From: Lama guanicoe
Lineage: Eukaryota
DNA length: 64,000 nt
Assembly (NCBI GenBank): GCA_013239625.1
Contig: MU053216.1
Span: forward strand, 2,570,943 to 2,634,942
Direction of reading: 5' to 3'
The notes under the pieces are model-generated. The model made no database searches. It saw only the letters and a program-made list of their open reading frames with translations, and was not told the DNA's origin. Made by a program: the position numbers and the translations under genes. Positions 24,911 through 37,146 of this stretch are shown piece after piece (the stretch's first letter is position 1; every line of letters starts with the position of its first letter).

Positions 24911-26489
24911 ATGCAAGCTGTATGTGTGAGAATGTGTGGACGCAGGTGTGTGGAGATTCATGGACAACTATAAGCATATTGACTTTAAGGCATTTTCTTT
25001 TTAAAGAATATATTCATATAATGATAATCCTGAAATTATCCCTTTTGCAGAAAAGCACAAAATTAGAGTATATCCTTTGAAAATCTCTCTTTTAAGGAAA
25101 AGTTGTTGAAAACTAAGATATTTTGCAAGTATTTTAGCAAACACCATTAATGAAAATCATACTTACAATAGTGTAGAATTTAATGTGTTCTTTTAAATAT
25201 CGTGTTATGACTTTTTTGACAGGAGCATTTCACATGCTTGTCGGATGCATGCTTTAAAGTACTTTCCCAAAATGACAACACAGATTCTAGCAAATGAACA
25301 CACTTTGGATGTAGACTGACTTGATAGACTTTTCTGAATGCTAATGGTATGTTTCATGCCAGAAAGCAGCATATTAGTGACTAAAGCATCAATTGTATTC
25401 CCTTTATTTGTTTTTTAGAGATTTCTTGAGATACAGAGTTCCACTTTTAAATCTCTGATCGCAAAAGATCATTTTAACCCTATTATTAGCACTTTAGATT
25501 TGCATGTAAAACAAATTTGCTGCGATGTTTATTAGTTCTTCCTGGGCCACATAGGGAAGATCTGAAAATGTTCTTTTGTTAAGCCAGAGTCCTGCAAGTG
25601 AGTAATTTTAAATCACTGACCGTTTAGAAACCCGTTCAGAATCTCAGTTACATTTAAACAGCTTTCAGAACAATTTAGCATCTCTGGATATACTGGCACT
25701 TACTACTGCTAGGGAGTTAGCCAATGAGTGTAGAATATAGATGTAATAATCAGACATGAAATTACATGCCTAGCAGAATGCATTCCTGAATCCCCTTGTG
25801 TTAGAATAGCATCACCATGTGTGATGGTGAACATCATTACAATCCCTTTAGTGTTTAGCAATTCTTTGAGAGCATAGCTACCTATCACATACAAGGGGGA
25901 TGTTCTGCAAAACATATGCACAGTCTGGACTGTCTTCATGTTAAATACAATATTTATTTCACATCACCTACTACTTCTACAAATTTTGTCTTGCAGAGCT
26001 AAAGAAAGTTAAGTTATTAACCGATGCTCATGAGTTTGATAATCAAAATCACTCTACAGATACAGACAGCAGTTCTGAGTAGAGCAGATAGAAAGTCCGT
26101 TATCAGTAGAAGACTGAGACATCACAGACCACCAGGAAATGAAGTTAAGCTGCTTTAACCTTTATTTTAATATTCGGGACCTTGTGAAAGCTTTAGGAAA
26201 ACTGTCACCATTTATGTAAAAATTAACTTATATGAATATTAATCTATTTCCCTCAGCACTATACATTTCTATCATTCTTTTTAAAACTTCTTATATTTCA
26301 CAGTGCAAAGCCATTAGAGCAGATTCAGAAAAAATAAATAAATGGAAATTTAAGTCTATTTATCTGCAACATTTTCTAGTCCAATCAGATGAGCTTTGTC
26401 GTCTTTTTTTTTTTTTGAAACAGAAAGTTAAGTACATATTTTAATCTTCCAGTATGTAAATTTTTAGGCTCAAAGATTTTGTAAAGTTT

Positions 26490-26790
26490 TATTAATTTAT
26501 TAAAAATATTTATTGAGCTACTAACACATGCAGAGTAGTGTGCTAGATCCCTTGATACTGAAGATGAATCAAACACAAATCCTGTCTTTTAAAAGGTTAG
26601 GGTCTAGAAGAGGAGATACGCGTCCAAAATAAAAATGTGAAAGAAGTATGTTTCTCAGGAGCAGGCCCAACCAGGTGGCACTGGGGTTGAGAAACGGGAA
26701 AGATGGCTTTCCAACACACAAGGGGATCCCTCCAGGTACGTGGCACTGAATTGAAACTAAAATTCCTGATCACATGCAGAAATACTTTTC
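26490..26790 (-). mobile_element. L2 3' end fragment
   Basis: AAATATTTATTGAGCTACT...GTGTGCTAGAT...GATACTGAAGATGAA...GTCTAGAAGAGGAGA. Confidence 0.7.
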
Positions 26791-26811
26791 AGATCTGAGT
26801 TAAGTCAAGGC

Positions 26812-27350
26812 TGTGCTTTGTTTTCTACTGCTGTGTAAGAAATTGTCACTAATCTGTAGCTCAAAGCAACACACATCACCTCCCAGTTCTGTGGGCCTAG
26901 ACTCTGGGAATGGCTTTGTTGAGTCCTCTCTTGAGGGTCTCACAAGACTGCAGGCACGGGTTTGGCCAGGACTGCAGCGTCACCTGAGACTCGGGAAGGA
27001 TCCACTTCCGTCCATCCCTTGCAGTTGAGGGGCTGAGCACTTCAGTTTCTCATTGGTGTTCAGCCTGGAGAGGCGCCCTCTCCTCCCCATGGGGACCACC
27101 CAACATGGAACCCACAACATGACAATGTCCGTCTTTAAACCTAGTCAGGGAAAGATAGACTCTAACAAGACAGTGACACGGCACTGTCCGTGTGACCACA
27201 TGCCGTCACTGGTCTCTGTGCCCACTGCTGTATCCTCACTGTTAGAAGAAACTCATGGCTGCGCCCGTGTTCATGGGGACAACACTAGGCAAGGCTGGGG
27301 ACGCCTGGAGATGGTGGTTGTGGGAAGCCACTGCAAAGCATGTCTTCCTG
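26812..27350 (-). mobile_element. MaLR solo LTR (MLT1-like)
   Basis: TTTTCTACTGCTGTGTAAGAAATTGTCAC...AAAGCAACACACAT...CAGTTCTGTGGG...GGGTCTCACAAGACTGCA...GGAAGGATCCACTTCC...TGTTAGAAG are hallmark MLT1 motifs. Confidence 0.8.
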
Positions 27351-28384
27351 GGGTGGAAGGTGAAAGTTTGGGTTTGGCTGTAAAGTGTGCCGCCTGTCAG
27401 TCAGTACCATCAGGTTGGGAAAGAAGTTTGGATTCACACAGTGGGGGGAACTGAATGGCCTACCCTGGAGTTGGATGTTATTTTATGTACAAGAGGAGAC
27501 CATCGTAATATACTTCTGAACAGGGGAGAAAAATGAATGGAATCAGGCTTCAGAAAATTTAATCTGGAAATGGCTTCTAAATTGAATAAGGAGAGAAAAG
27601 AATTGGTTTTGGAGAGAGGTGAGTAATTTATTAACTTGTCGAGAGAATTAATTAAGTAATGAGTATTGTTGTAGAGCATACAACCACAGAGTCAGAATTG
27701 AAAATAAAACTTTTGTCTGTTAAGCTGCATGACAAAAAGAGTGATCAATCCCTCAGCAATTCCTTAATAATCAACATGACAGGCTTCCCTTTACACCCGA
27801 GTGCAAGGTAAGATGCTCCTTGGACATGGCTCTGTAAGGAGGAGAGAGGGGCTGTGAGGCACTCGGGCTTGGTAGAGGGGCCCCCACGAGACTCAACAAG
27901 GGGAGGGAGGGTGGGCTTTGTGCATATGGCTTAGCGTCTTCAAAAGGCTGTATCCGTTTGAAAAGACTGGTAGTTTGTCTAGAAAATACCGGGTGTGTAT
28001 TATTTTGTAGAGAACTTAAACTTTTGTTTGCTAACTACTGATAAATAACACTATCAAATTAGGGTAATAGTAAGGAAATAAGCAAATAAGGAAAGGCTGA
28101 TTTTGTAAGAGCTTCATAGGAGGGAAGTGGAATTCTGGGTAAAGAACGGTAACAAGTGGAAATAAGCAGAACTCGACAGAACTTGACAACAGAGGGACCC
28201 AAGGGGAAGATACGGATAACTGGTATTTTGAGCCCAGGTGGTTAGGAGATGGTGATGACCAGAGAATGAATGTCGGAAAAGGACTAGGTTTCAAGGCTAA
28301 AAAGGAAAAAAAATTAGTCTGTGCAAGTCGAATTTAAGGCTGCTCAGAACAGCGAGTAAAGATGCCAAATGCACACTTAGAAAT

Positions 28385-28490
28385 GCGCGGCAGAACCCGC
28401 GGGGCAGACTCCGGGGAGCCGCCAGGCCGAGGCGGCAGCTGGCCGTGTCCGGCTGCGGAGGTTGCCGGCGGTGAGGGCGGCCAGGGGAGA
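28385..28490. other. Short CpG/GC spike
   Basis: About 100 bp CG-dense patch in otherwise AT-rich sequence. Confidence 0.5.
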
Positions 28491-29239
28491 GGCACATCTC
28501 CAAGCAGATCTTTACAGAGAACGTCACTCAAAGATGCGATGAGGGCGCAGGGTTGGAAGAACTTGAGGGGGGAGGGACAGAAAGAGAGGTCATAACGGTA
28601 ATGTAAAAAACAAAACGAAAACCAGGAGCAGTACCCGAACTGGGAAGGTACCTCAAAGGAGAGAGAGTCTAGACAGGAGCTACAAACTCAGCCCCTGGAA
28701 GAGCCAGACAAGTGCTGAAGCCAAGTGTAAAGTAGCAGGAAGGGTGCGACAGGCACGAGGTGAAGTGCGCTTGCCCGTGTCAGGTCGCTGACTGAAAGAC
28801 ACACCGCTTAGAACCATGTCCGTGCAGAAACACACCTGTGGTGTTCAGCTGGCCTCCAGGAAGCCCCCTGTGGTCTCCGGTCCAGAATAAAGAATGATTC
28901 AGAGAGGAGCGCTGTGAAGGAGGTGAAGACTGTCACTGAAGTTAAAAGCCCTCTGGGGAAGTCCGAAATCCTCTCTTGCGTGGTGCAGGCAGAAACTGAA
29001 GCATGTGATCTAGGCAGAAAAATGAGTGATTAGGAAACAAAAATTTTGTCCTGGTTTATCAGCAACCCACGACTGGGCAACTGTTTCCAGTTGTGATGTA
29101 GCCGGGGGAAGGTCATAGCTGGTCGTGGACCACAGGGGCGTAACGAGGCTGATTACCAACTGTCCCATTTAGGGACGACCCGGGGCCGCATGAGGCCGAT
29201 ACAACAGTCAGAATCGTGAACTGGAAACTCAAGCAGCGA

Positions 29240-29790
29240 GTCGGCAGCAGGTGCCCAGGGGAGGGCGCGCGGCCAAACCTCGCGGGCGTCGTGCTGCTTC
29301 GGGGCTGCTCCCAACGCTGCCTCCATCCGCCGTACTCGCCTCCCCGCAGGTCTCAGATACCACCTGGGCTTCAGTGATGACTTACACTTTTAGGAGGTGG
29401 AGGGAAGGTGCTAAATGGTCAAGAATTTCATCGACTGTTTGGGTGCTGGGGGTCTGCGTTTTCACTTTTAGGCGACACGAGCTGTGCACAGCTGTGGACT
29501 GAGCGGCAGCAGCGGTGGGGAAGGAGCTGTGCTCCACCAGCGAGGGGGGTGCTTGGGGGAACAAGGCCCTGGCACGGGAGGAGGGGTCGGAACCGGGGCC
29601 TTGGGTGGAGGACCAGCTTTGGAGGGAGAGAGAAGAGGGAACGCAGGGAGATGGCGACGGAGACACGGCTGGAGCGGAGCAGAGGCCCTGGATGAGCTCA
29701 TCCTGAGAAGCACCGGGCCCTTACGCAGGAGGATAATCACAGAAGACACCGGGAAGGGCGGGATCACAGGTGATCCGTGCGCGCCCGTCT
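29240..29790. promoter_or_regulatory. GC/CpG-rich region (weak island)
   Basis: CG clusters at 29240-29350 and 29470-29790. Confidence 0.4.
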
Positions 29791-30016
29791 TAGGTTTCCA
29801 GTTTTGTCCTGGTTTTCCTACAGCAGAAGTGACTCAGGTGTCACAGTTTGGCCGATTTCATGGTCTTTGCTTGGATTCAGTCTCTCAGCAAGGATTTATG
29901 GAGGTACTGCAGTATGCCATATGGTACAGTTTATTTTTTTTAATCTTGATTTTTATGATGAAAAAAGCAATACTTGCTCTTTGTGAACACCTAAATAGAA
30001 GAAAAATGAATAAAAT

Positions 30017-30131
30017 ATCATTTAATCAGCAAGTGTTTCTTGAGTCTGTACCTCCCAGCAGTCAGATCCACAGTGGCAGACAGACAGACGCGACTCTTGC
30101 CCTGTGAAACTTATCTTCCAGTGGGAGACAG
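30017..30131 (-). mobile_element. L2 3' end fragment
   Basis: CATTTAATCAGCAAGTGTTTCTTGAG...CTTGCCCTGTGAAACTTATCTTCCAGTGGGAGACAG. Confidence 0.65.
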
Positions 30132-31294
30132 CAAATTCTCCCCCAAATATCCCCCACCCCTCCCCCCACCAGGTAAACTTTCAGTACTTTTGTGGATGTT
30201 TTGCTGACTGGTTTTCAGGTTTAACGTACTTTGGATAGTTTTATCACATGCTGACGGCTACACTTTTCTCCTTCACTACGTAGAGATTAGGCTTGTTTCA
30301 TGCTATATTCAGACTAATTTTGACATTTTAGACAAGATGACCCAAAAAGGATGGCAGAGAAGGAGCTTAGAGCTAGAACGGATTTCAAATGTGAGCCCTC
30401 TCTCTATAACCTCTCCTTAAAACTTTCTTATTCCAAGCTGTGTAATTGAAAAGGTGCCTTTACCTGAAGTAAAACACAGTCATTCATTTTACCCCATCAG
30501 ATCTGGAGCACCCACTTTGAGCAAGAGGGCGTTCTAAAGACTGCTCACTCACCAAAGCAAATTCCATGAAAACCTAATTTTTCAGGAACAAACAAAACCT
30601 GCAGAGAAGAGCTATTAATAAAGACTTTTGTGGAATCAGTATGTTCCAGGTTAAAAAAGGAAAATTAGGCTTCAGAAAGGGAAAAGGAAGAGACGCAGAA
30701 GGGGAATTTCAGCTGATTCGGAGGGTGGGCCGGCCGATGCCCGGTCGCCTCCCTGCAGCGCTCATACACCAGCTTCCCGCCTTTAACCCGCTCACAGGCT
30801 GGTACGGGGACTGTTTCAACGGCACGTCAACATTTGCACTGTCAGCAGCCTCTGTGCGAAAGGAGGGGTTGGTGCAACGGAGCGCATTAAAAAAATTATG
30901 GATGCAAGATGATAGAGTTTTACAGATGTGTTTGTTTTTGGCTGTTGAAGTCCCCCCTTTATTCTCATTCAGCTCCCATTATTTTATTTTTAAAGTCCCA
31001 TCTGTAAGACTCTGCACAGATGACGTAGCACTGGAGATTTGGCTTACTCAGCTGCAGAGGAATGCAAGAAATAACTATCGTGTCGGCCACTATGATTTTT
31101 GAAATGGCCGTCACAGTATCTTAAAGATACAGACTAGAACTCAGCTACCCAGAGTTAAGTAGAGAATGAGCCCGGAGTGCACTGTTTGGTTGAAATTTCT
31201 ATCTTCAATACCCAAAAAAATACACTGCCCTGCCGTTGTCTCCATTCTTCCACTTCCTAGAAGTGTCACGTGTAACCCTGACTAGAACAGACTT

Positions 31295-31505
31295 GTGCGC
31301 GTGTCCCTCCGTCTGCTGGGACGCAGCAATGCTCCGCGGTCACCGGGTGAAGGGCTGAACCGTGCAACGCGCCGGAGCTCAACGAGCGCGCGGAGCGCCC
31401 AGCGCCGGGGCTGCAAGTCAGAAGCCCTTCCCGGGGTTGGCGGGGTCGGGGGAGCCGCCCCTTCGCTGGGCGGGGCTGGTTGGGGGCAGGTGATTTCATG
31501 GCGCT
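31295..31505. other. Short CpG-dense peak, possibly a GC-converted MIR
   Basis: About 200 bp of dense CG; see findings. Confidence 0.5.
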
Positions 31506-32305
31506 TACAAATCTGTTCTGTGACTTCCATTATCCTTGTGAAGGAAAAACAAGGCTACAAGAAGTAAGACAAAAATAACAGAAGAAATTATGGTTTAGAA
31601 AGCGTTCTACGTCAGACTGGCACGGCCACGAAACACGAAACAGAGCCAAGTGTTTTGTTTGCTGCTGACGGAGAGTCTCATAAGAGGTGGAGAGTTTCGT
31701 CCCAAAGTGTTTTCAGAAGGCCTCTCAGGCACCTTTCAGTGGGGGCTTCCTATTTCTCCAGGGGGTCACTGTGAATTTTTCTCGCAGGATGGGCAGTAGG
31801 CAGAGAGAAAATTCTATTTCTTTGCCCCTACCCCAACAACATTTTGCTTATTCTCGGGCAAAGAGAAGTCTTAATCTGCCTTCAGGAGTGTGTCCACAAA
31901 ACATCCTCTCGCCCTGTTTCTGTTTAAGGAGGAACATCTCAGGGATGGTGAAATGTGGTCTCTGTCACCTGGCCATTCATTAATTCACAACTGGAAGTTA
32001 CTGAAATCTTCTGTGACTGAGGCCTTCAGGACACTGCCTGCTGTCTTCCTGTGTACATGGTATTTTTGTTACCATTATACATTGAGTTGGTAGCAAAAAG
32101 GTGGGGAAATGAGAAAAATAAGTCCATCTGACTCTGAGATACCCTGATTACCTCTTATACGATGGAGAAGAGTTTATTCTTAAAAAAAAAAAGTTCACCA
32201 AGATGCTCTTTAGTAAAACCAAACTTATGGCACCTAATGGACACATTTTGCTTTAACTTATGGAGCCAAGTTAAAGCAAGTCCATTTTGAAAAGACTAAA
32301 ATAGG

Positions 32306-32430
32306 CCTCTTTCCTTCCTTCCTTCCTTCCCTCCCTCCTTCTTCCCTCCCTTCCTCCCTTCCTCCCTCCCTTCCTCCCTTCTTCCTTCCTTCCTCTCTTC
32401 CTCTCTTTCTCTCTTTCTTTCTTTCTTTCT
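32306..32430. repeat. (TTCC)n/(CT)n/(TTTC)n polypyrimidine tract
   Basis: Directly visible. Confidence 0.95.
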
Positions 32431-33796
32431 ATATCATACCCTAAACCCAAGAGCCCAATTCTGCTTGAGAACTGGTCTAAAATATGACCCATTTTTAAAC
32501 TTTCATATTTTATTATTTACTCCCTTGGAGGTCCCAACTTTCAAATAAAAGTGACTGCATTTCTTTTAAATGAGAAGCGGTCTGTGCTGTGCACACATCC
32601 AGGTTCTGCCAGCACCGAGGGGCTCTTTTTTTTTCAGAACAGCAGCTTATGTTCAGCCAGAGCCAAACGGAACTTAAAGCTCAAAGGGTTTGACTAAACT
32701 TAGAAACCACAGTGCTCAAGTGGTTCTAAATTTGACAAAGCTGACTAGAAGCTAACCAAAATTATGTATGAAATGATCTCTCCCTTTATGACAGCAGGAC
32801 AAGATATTATTATCCTAATTTTAGGAAAAATCAGACCCAGTAACTTACTATGAGGGAGTTAAGGTTGAAATATAAAACAAATGTGTTGATATTACAGAAT
32901 AAAAGAAGTATCCTCTTGAATATTCTCAATGATTTTTCTAGTAAGCTATGAAGTTGAAAATCTTGAAAGCACTAATCAGATTAGGGGGAGAAAAAGAAAT
33001 TGTCCCTGTCAAGTCTCTGAGCTAGTGCTTCCTATCTGGGTTTCAGTGCACAATTCATGATGTAAAAGTTGAATCGTCTACCTGGCTTCTCTTATGAGCG
33101 CTACATATTTCATACGCAATATCACACAATGATGTGTCATCAAAATTCATTTAGTCATTTGCCTTTTTTATGTTTTTAAGATTTTGTCTGAAATTTTCAA
33201 TCCTGGAAAGGGAGCGTTGTGTTGTATTCCCAGGACACACTTCTGCTGCCTTTGTGATGCTGCTGCCCAGCACGCAGACGGACATCAGCTGATTCCCTTT
33301 CCCCAGGCAGAAATTTCAGGCTGATCAAGAAGAGTCAGGTTAACTGCTAATATATTAGGGACACACGTATAATGATTATAATGCAAGCCCCTGTAAGAAA
33401 TAGTGAGGCAGGTAAATGCAAATAAGGTAATTTCAGTTGCACTGCGAAGGAGAAATGTAGGATGTGGCATCCATGAAGTTTTTCCAATGGTGAAATGATG
33501 GGGTTTTAAAAAGTATAGCAATACCGGATTTTACTCCTATGGCAGCTACAAGGCAAGTTAATTTAGAGTGAAGTCAAAGGGGAAAGTAACGTATTTTCTG
33601 AGAGGAAGAAATTGGCTGTTTTTTTAAACCATTTTATGGTCTGAACCAACCTTTAAAAGAATTACTTTACCGTCACTGTGTGCTCCCCACCCGCTACACG
33701 AGCTTAAAGTACCGCTCCCTCACTTGCCCGTGGTCCTCTGCTGAAGTAAGAACCTTGTCAGCAAGAGTTTCTGTGCTCCGGTACTCGAACACAAAT

Positions 33797-34222
33797 ACCG
33801 TCATTCAAAGTGAAGGAAGCCGGAAAGAGAAAGAAAAATACCATACGATATCACTCATATGTGGAATCTAAAAAAAAAAGACAAGACAAGAAAAAAAAAG
33901 ACACTAATGAACTCATCCACAAAACAGAAACAGACTCGCAGACATAGTAAACAACCTTATAGTTACTGGGGAAAGTGGGTGGGAAGAGAGAAATTTGGGA
34001 GTTTGAGATTTGCAAATGTTAACCACTACAGAAAAAAATAGATATAAAAACCCCCAGATTTCTTCTGTCTAGCACAGGGAACTCTATTCAGTATCTTGTA
34101 ATAACCTTTAATGAAAAAGAATATGAAACCGAATATATGTATGTGTGTATGACTGAGACATGTTGCTGTGCACCAGAAATTGACACATTATAACTAACTA
34201 CACTTTAATAAATTTTAAAAAT
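33797..34222 (+). mobile_element. LINE-1 3' end (ORF2 terminus and 3'UTR), 5'-truncated
   Basis: GTCATTCAAAGTGAAGGAAGCCGGAAAGAGAAAGAAAAATACCATACGATATCACTCATATGTGGAATCTAAAA...TAGCACAGGGAACT...CACCAGAAATTGACACATT. Confidence 0.92.
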
Positions 34223-34893
34223 ATCATCAACAGAAGCTAAATTTGTATGATGGCACTTTTCAAAATTAGATTATTTCTGATGAGTACAATTTCTGATTTT
34301 TATAGCATGCCAACTAAAATTCAAATGGAGATGTCAAAGTTTTAAAACTCCCCTGTAATCTCCCTAACCTCTGTATTAGACACTGAAACCAATGAAATTT
34401 AAGACCAGAAAGATTTAGTTTTATTTCAAGGAATGGGAAAGCTGAAACCCTAAAGTTTCCAGTATGCATCTACTTTACTCCTGAAAATAATTTATTACAG
34501 AGGTCCATGAACATTAACACATCCACAAATCAATTTTGGATCATAAATTTGTGCTGGCAACAGGACCCAGTCTTTCTGTTTTCTGGTGATTTATCCATCT
34601 CTGAGTTTATTGTGCAGTATTTGAACCTGCCTGAATTAAATCATACTGAGTAATTAGAGATAATTGTGGACCATTCTTTACTGCCTACAGGTAGGTAAAA
34701 ACATTTTCTTTCAGGATTAATAAAAGCATGTTATTTTTCTTATCACCACATAATTCATTTTCATTATAAGAACTTAGAATATGCAGATAAACACAATATT
34801 GACAATATGCTTAGAGACAACTACCATTAGTATAATTGGGGGGGGGCTAATTTTATTCATGCTTTTAATTCAGGTTTTTTTTTTTTTGTCCAA

Positions 34894-35195
34894 TGTATCA
34901 GTCAGGATCCAAGCCAGAGAGGGAAACCACACAGATTTGAACAGGAAATGTTTAACATCATTTTTAACTTTAGCAGAGGATGGGAGTAAGGAAAGATTTG
35001 CTAGCAGGCAGTTAAAGGGTTCTAAAGACTATAGGAACAGCAGATGTAAGGAGCAGTCACTGTCCCAGGGGTGGGGTACAGCTGGGACAACTGATCACAC
35101 TGTGACCACAGGCACCCTGCTGCCACCCAAGAGGGAGCAGAGAAGCAGCTGGTTTCCACAACCAGGTGCAGGAGAAGCCACATGTGCTGAAGAAT
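34894..35195 (-). mobile_element. Ancient ERVL-class LTR fragment (subfamily unassigned)
   Basis: Begins TGTATCAGTCAGGATCC...GAAACCACACAG...TTGAACAGGAAATGTTTAA, the typical reverse-strand ERVL/MaLR LTR end. Confidence 0.55.
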
Positions 35196-35369
35196 GAGGT
35201 TTGTTGAGTGACTGAGTGAATGAATGAACCTCACTCACTTATGCAACATTTCTTATCAGCCTTTAATAGATGACCTTCCTTCCCTTAGCGTTGCCTTCAG
35301 ACTCTTCATCTCGCTCCACTCTCTCTCCTTGGGGATCTCTTCTCTCTCATGGCCGCAGAACCTTAGCAA

Positions 35370-36350
35370 AATAAGAAAGGAAATAGAGTGGAATTTCCAA
35401 GAATTTAAGAATATGAATCCCCAACCTTCCCCGTATCTAAGACAGTACCTCGCATGTGAATAGCACTCAATGAATAATTGTTGAATAAAGAGAAATGCAC
35501 ACTGAAGAGCCAGCATGATAAAGTAAACACCCACATCCCAAAATACATTATTGTGAAGTTTCAGGACACTGGATATGAAAAGATGTTGTAAAAACTTCTA
35601 GGGAAATCAGCTGGGTCACCTACAATGGGCGCTAGAATGTAACATTTAGACTTCTGAAGGAAACTTAATTTTAATCTATTTTATGCTTCATTAAGAAAAA
35701 ATATAGAAGATTAAATAAATCTGACTTTGGATATATAAGATCTCAAAATATGTATTTATGATTCATGGGAAGATACAGTTTACCAAAGTAATGGAGTCAA
35801 TAAATAAAGACATATAATTAAGGAAAAATGATTCCACAACAGGAAGAGAAGATAAGAATTCCTGGATAAAGATGAAGAGAAATCTCAAGACAGCAGACAT
35901 GCTGAAGGCCTAGAAGCTCCTGCGCTATATGAGATCATGAGCACCAAGGACTCCAGAATGAATATCTCCAGGAAAAAAAAGGACCCGATAAATTAGTATC
36001 GTCTCACCTGGTGTGACCCGGCACAACCAAACATAAAACGGTGTTTGTAAGTGTTTTAGTTGAGGCCATAGCAATGCGAGAGAAAGAAAAGACAATTATT
36101 AACTCCAGGAAAAACAAAGAGTTATTTAAGTAAGAGTGCAGATTGTAGTAAACGACCTGGCTCAGAAGAGAGCAGTTCTAACCCAGCCAAATTTAAAAGA
36201 GGAAGAGGGCACTGAGGTTTACATAAAAATTGTGATATGATTTTATTGAGAGGCAGTAGGAAGGAGAGGTGGGCATTTGTTATCATGAGGCAAAAGTGCT
36301 ACTTTTAGTGTTACATGCAGGAAGTCATTAACAGCAGTCCTACATAACAT
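35370..36350 (+). mobile_element. HAL1/ancient L1 ORF1-like fossil
   Basis: AATTTCCAAGAATTTAAG...ACATTATTGTGAAGTTTCAGGACACTGG...GTCACCTACAATGG...TAGACTTCT resembles the L1/HAL1 ORF1 C-terminal region. Confidence 0.6.
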
Positions 36351-36814
36351 TTAGTGATAAGGAGACCGAAGAGAGAAGTAGTGGAAATTTCTAAGTAATA
36401 TGTATTGGCGGTGCACCTTTGTATCTGATATCAAACGTCCACCTTCTCTCTTCCTCCTCTCAATAAAATTGGATCACAAATCACAATTTCATAATTTTTA
36501 TTTAAATTACAATTCAATGTTTCCTTTTTTTTTTTGACCCCCGAGGACCACTGCTTTCTGTTACAAATGAGTTGTTAATTGGCTTTTTCAACTCTAATAT
36601 ATATTCATTTAATTTTTTTTAAGAATTAAAAAAGTTAAAAAATTTTAATGGACAAGATGGGGTTGAGAAGGAAAGGTTTTCTATATGAGAAGAAAAAGAG
36701 CAAATGTGAAGACATTTTGAAGTACAGAGCTGCTGGTTTCTAGGATGCCATCACTCACCTGAAATGCTTCCGTAAGGTTCATGTTGATTTCTCCATCACC
36801 AGCCTTTCCCTCCA

Positions 36815-36965
36815 ATCCCATCCTTCATCCAGCTTCCAAAATCACCTCCTGATCACAGGCCAGGGCGTCCGCTCTCTTGCTCAGAATCCCACAACTACTG
36901 CTGTGCCACATTCAGCTCTTCTGTGTGACATTTCAGTCCTTACAGTCTAACTCCAACCAAACCAC
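36815..36965 (+). mobile_element. L2 fragment
   Basis: CCATCCTTCATCCAGC...CTCTCTTGCTCAGAATCCC...CATTTCAGTCCTTACAGTCT, L2-like. Confidence 0.45.
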
Positions 36966-37059
36966 CCCGGGTTATGCCTTACTCATTGATGTCAAAAATC
37001 TCCACTCTAGGTATAAATGGTTATTTTCTCCTTTTGCGTTTCTATCGTTTTATGTCAGT

Positions 37060-37146
37060 TTCTTTTTTCTTTTCTTTTCTATTTTTTTTTTTTGCATTCT
37101 TTTTTAATTGAAGTATAGCCAGTTTACAGCGCTATGTCAGTTTCAC
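37060..37146 (-). mobile_element. Very short L1 3' terminus with long poly-T
   Basis: T-rich tail then AATTGAAGTATAGCCAGTTTACAGCGCTATGTCAGTTTC. Confidence 0.75.

Noticed and set aside
22022..25597. Spliced plus-strand exons (donor AAG|GTAAGT at 22149/22150; candidate exon 25419-25597)
   Set aside because: First has a poor acceptor, second has stops in all three frames; such signals are expected by chance in 64 kb. A non-coding transcript cannot be excluded without RNA data
29484..30107. 207-aa ORF with a hydrophobic segment
   Set aside because: Non-ATG start, Gly-rich GC patch joined to AT-rich sequence and ending in an L2 fragment; no homology recognised
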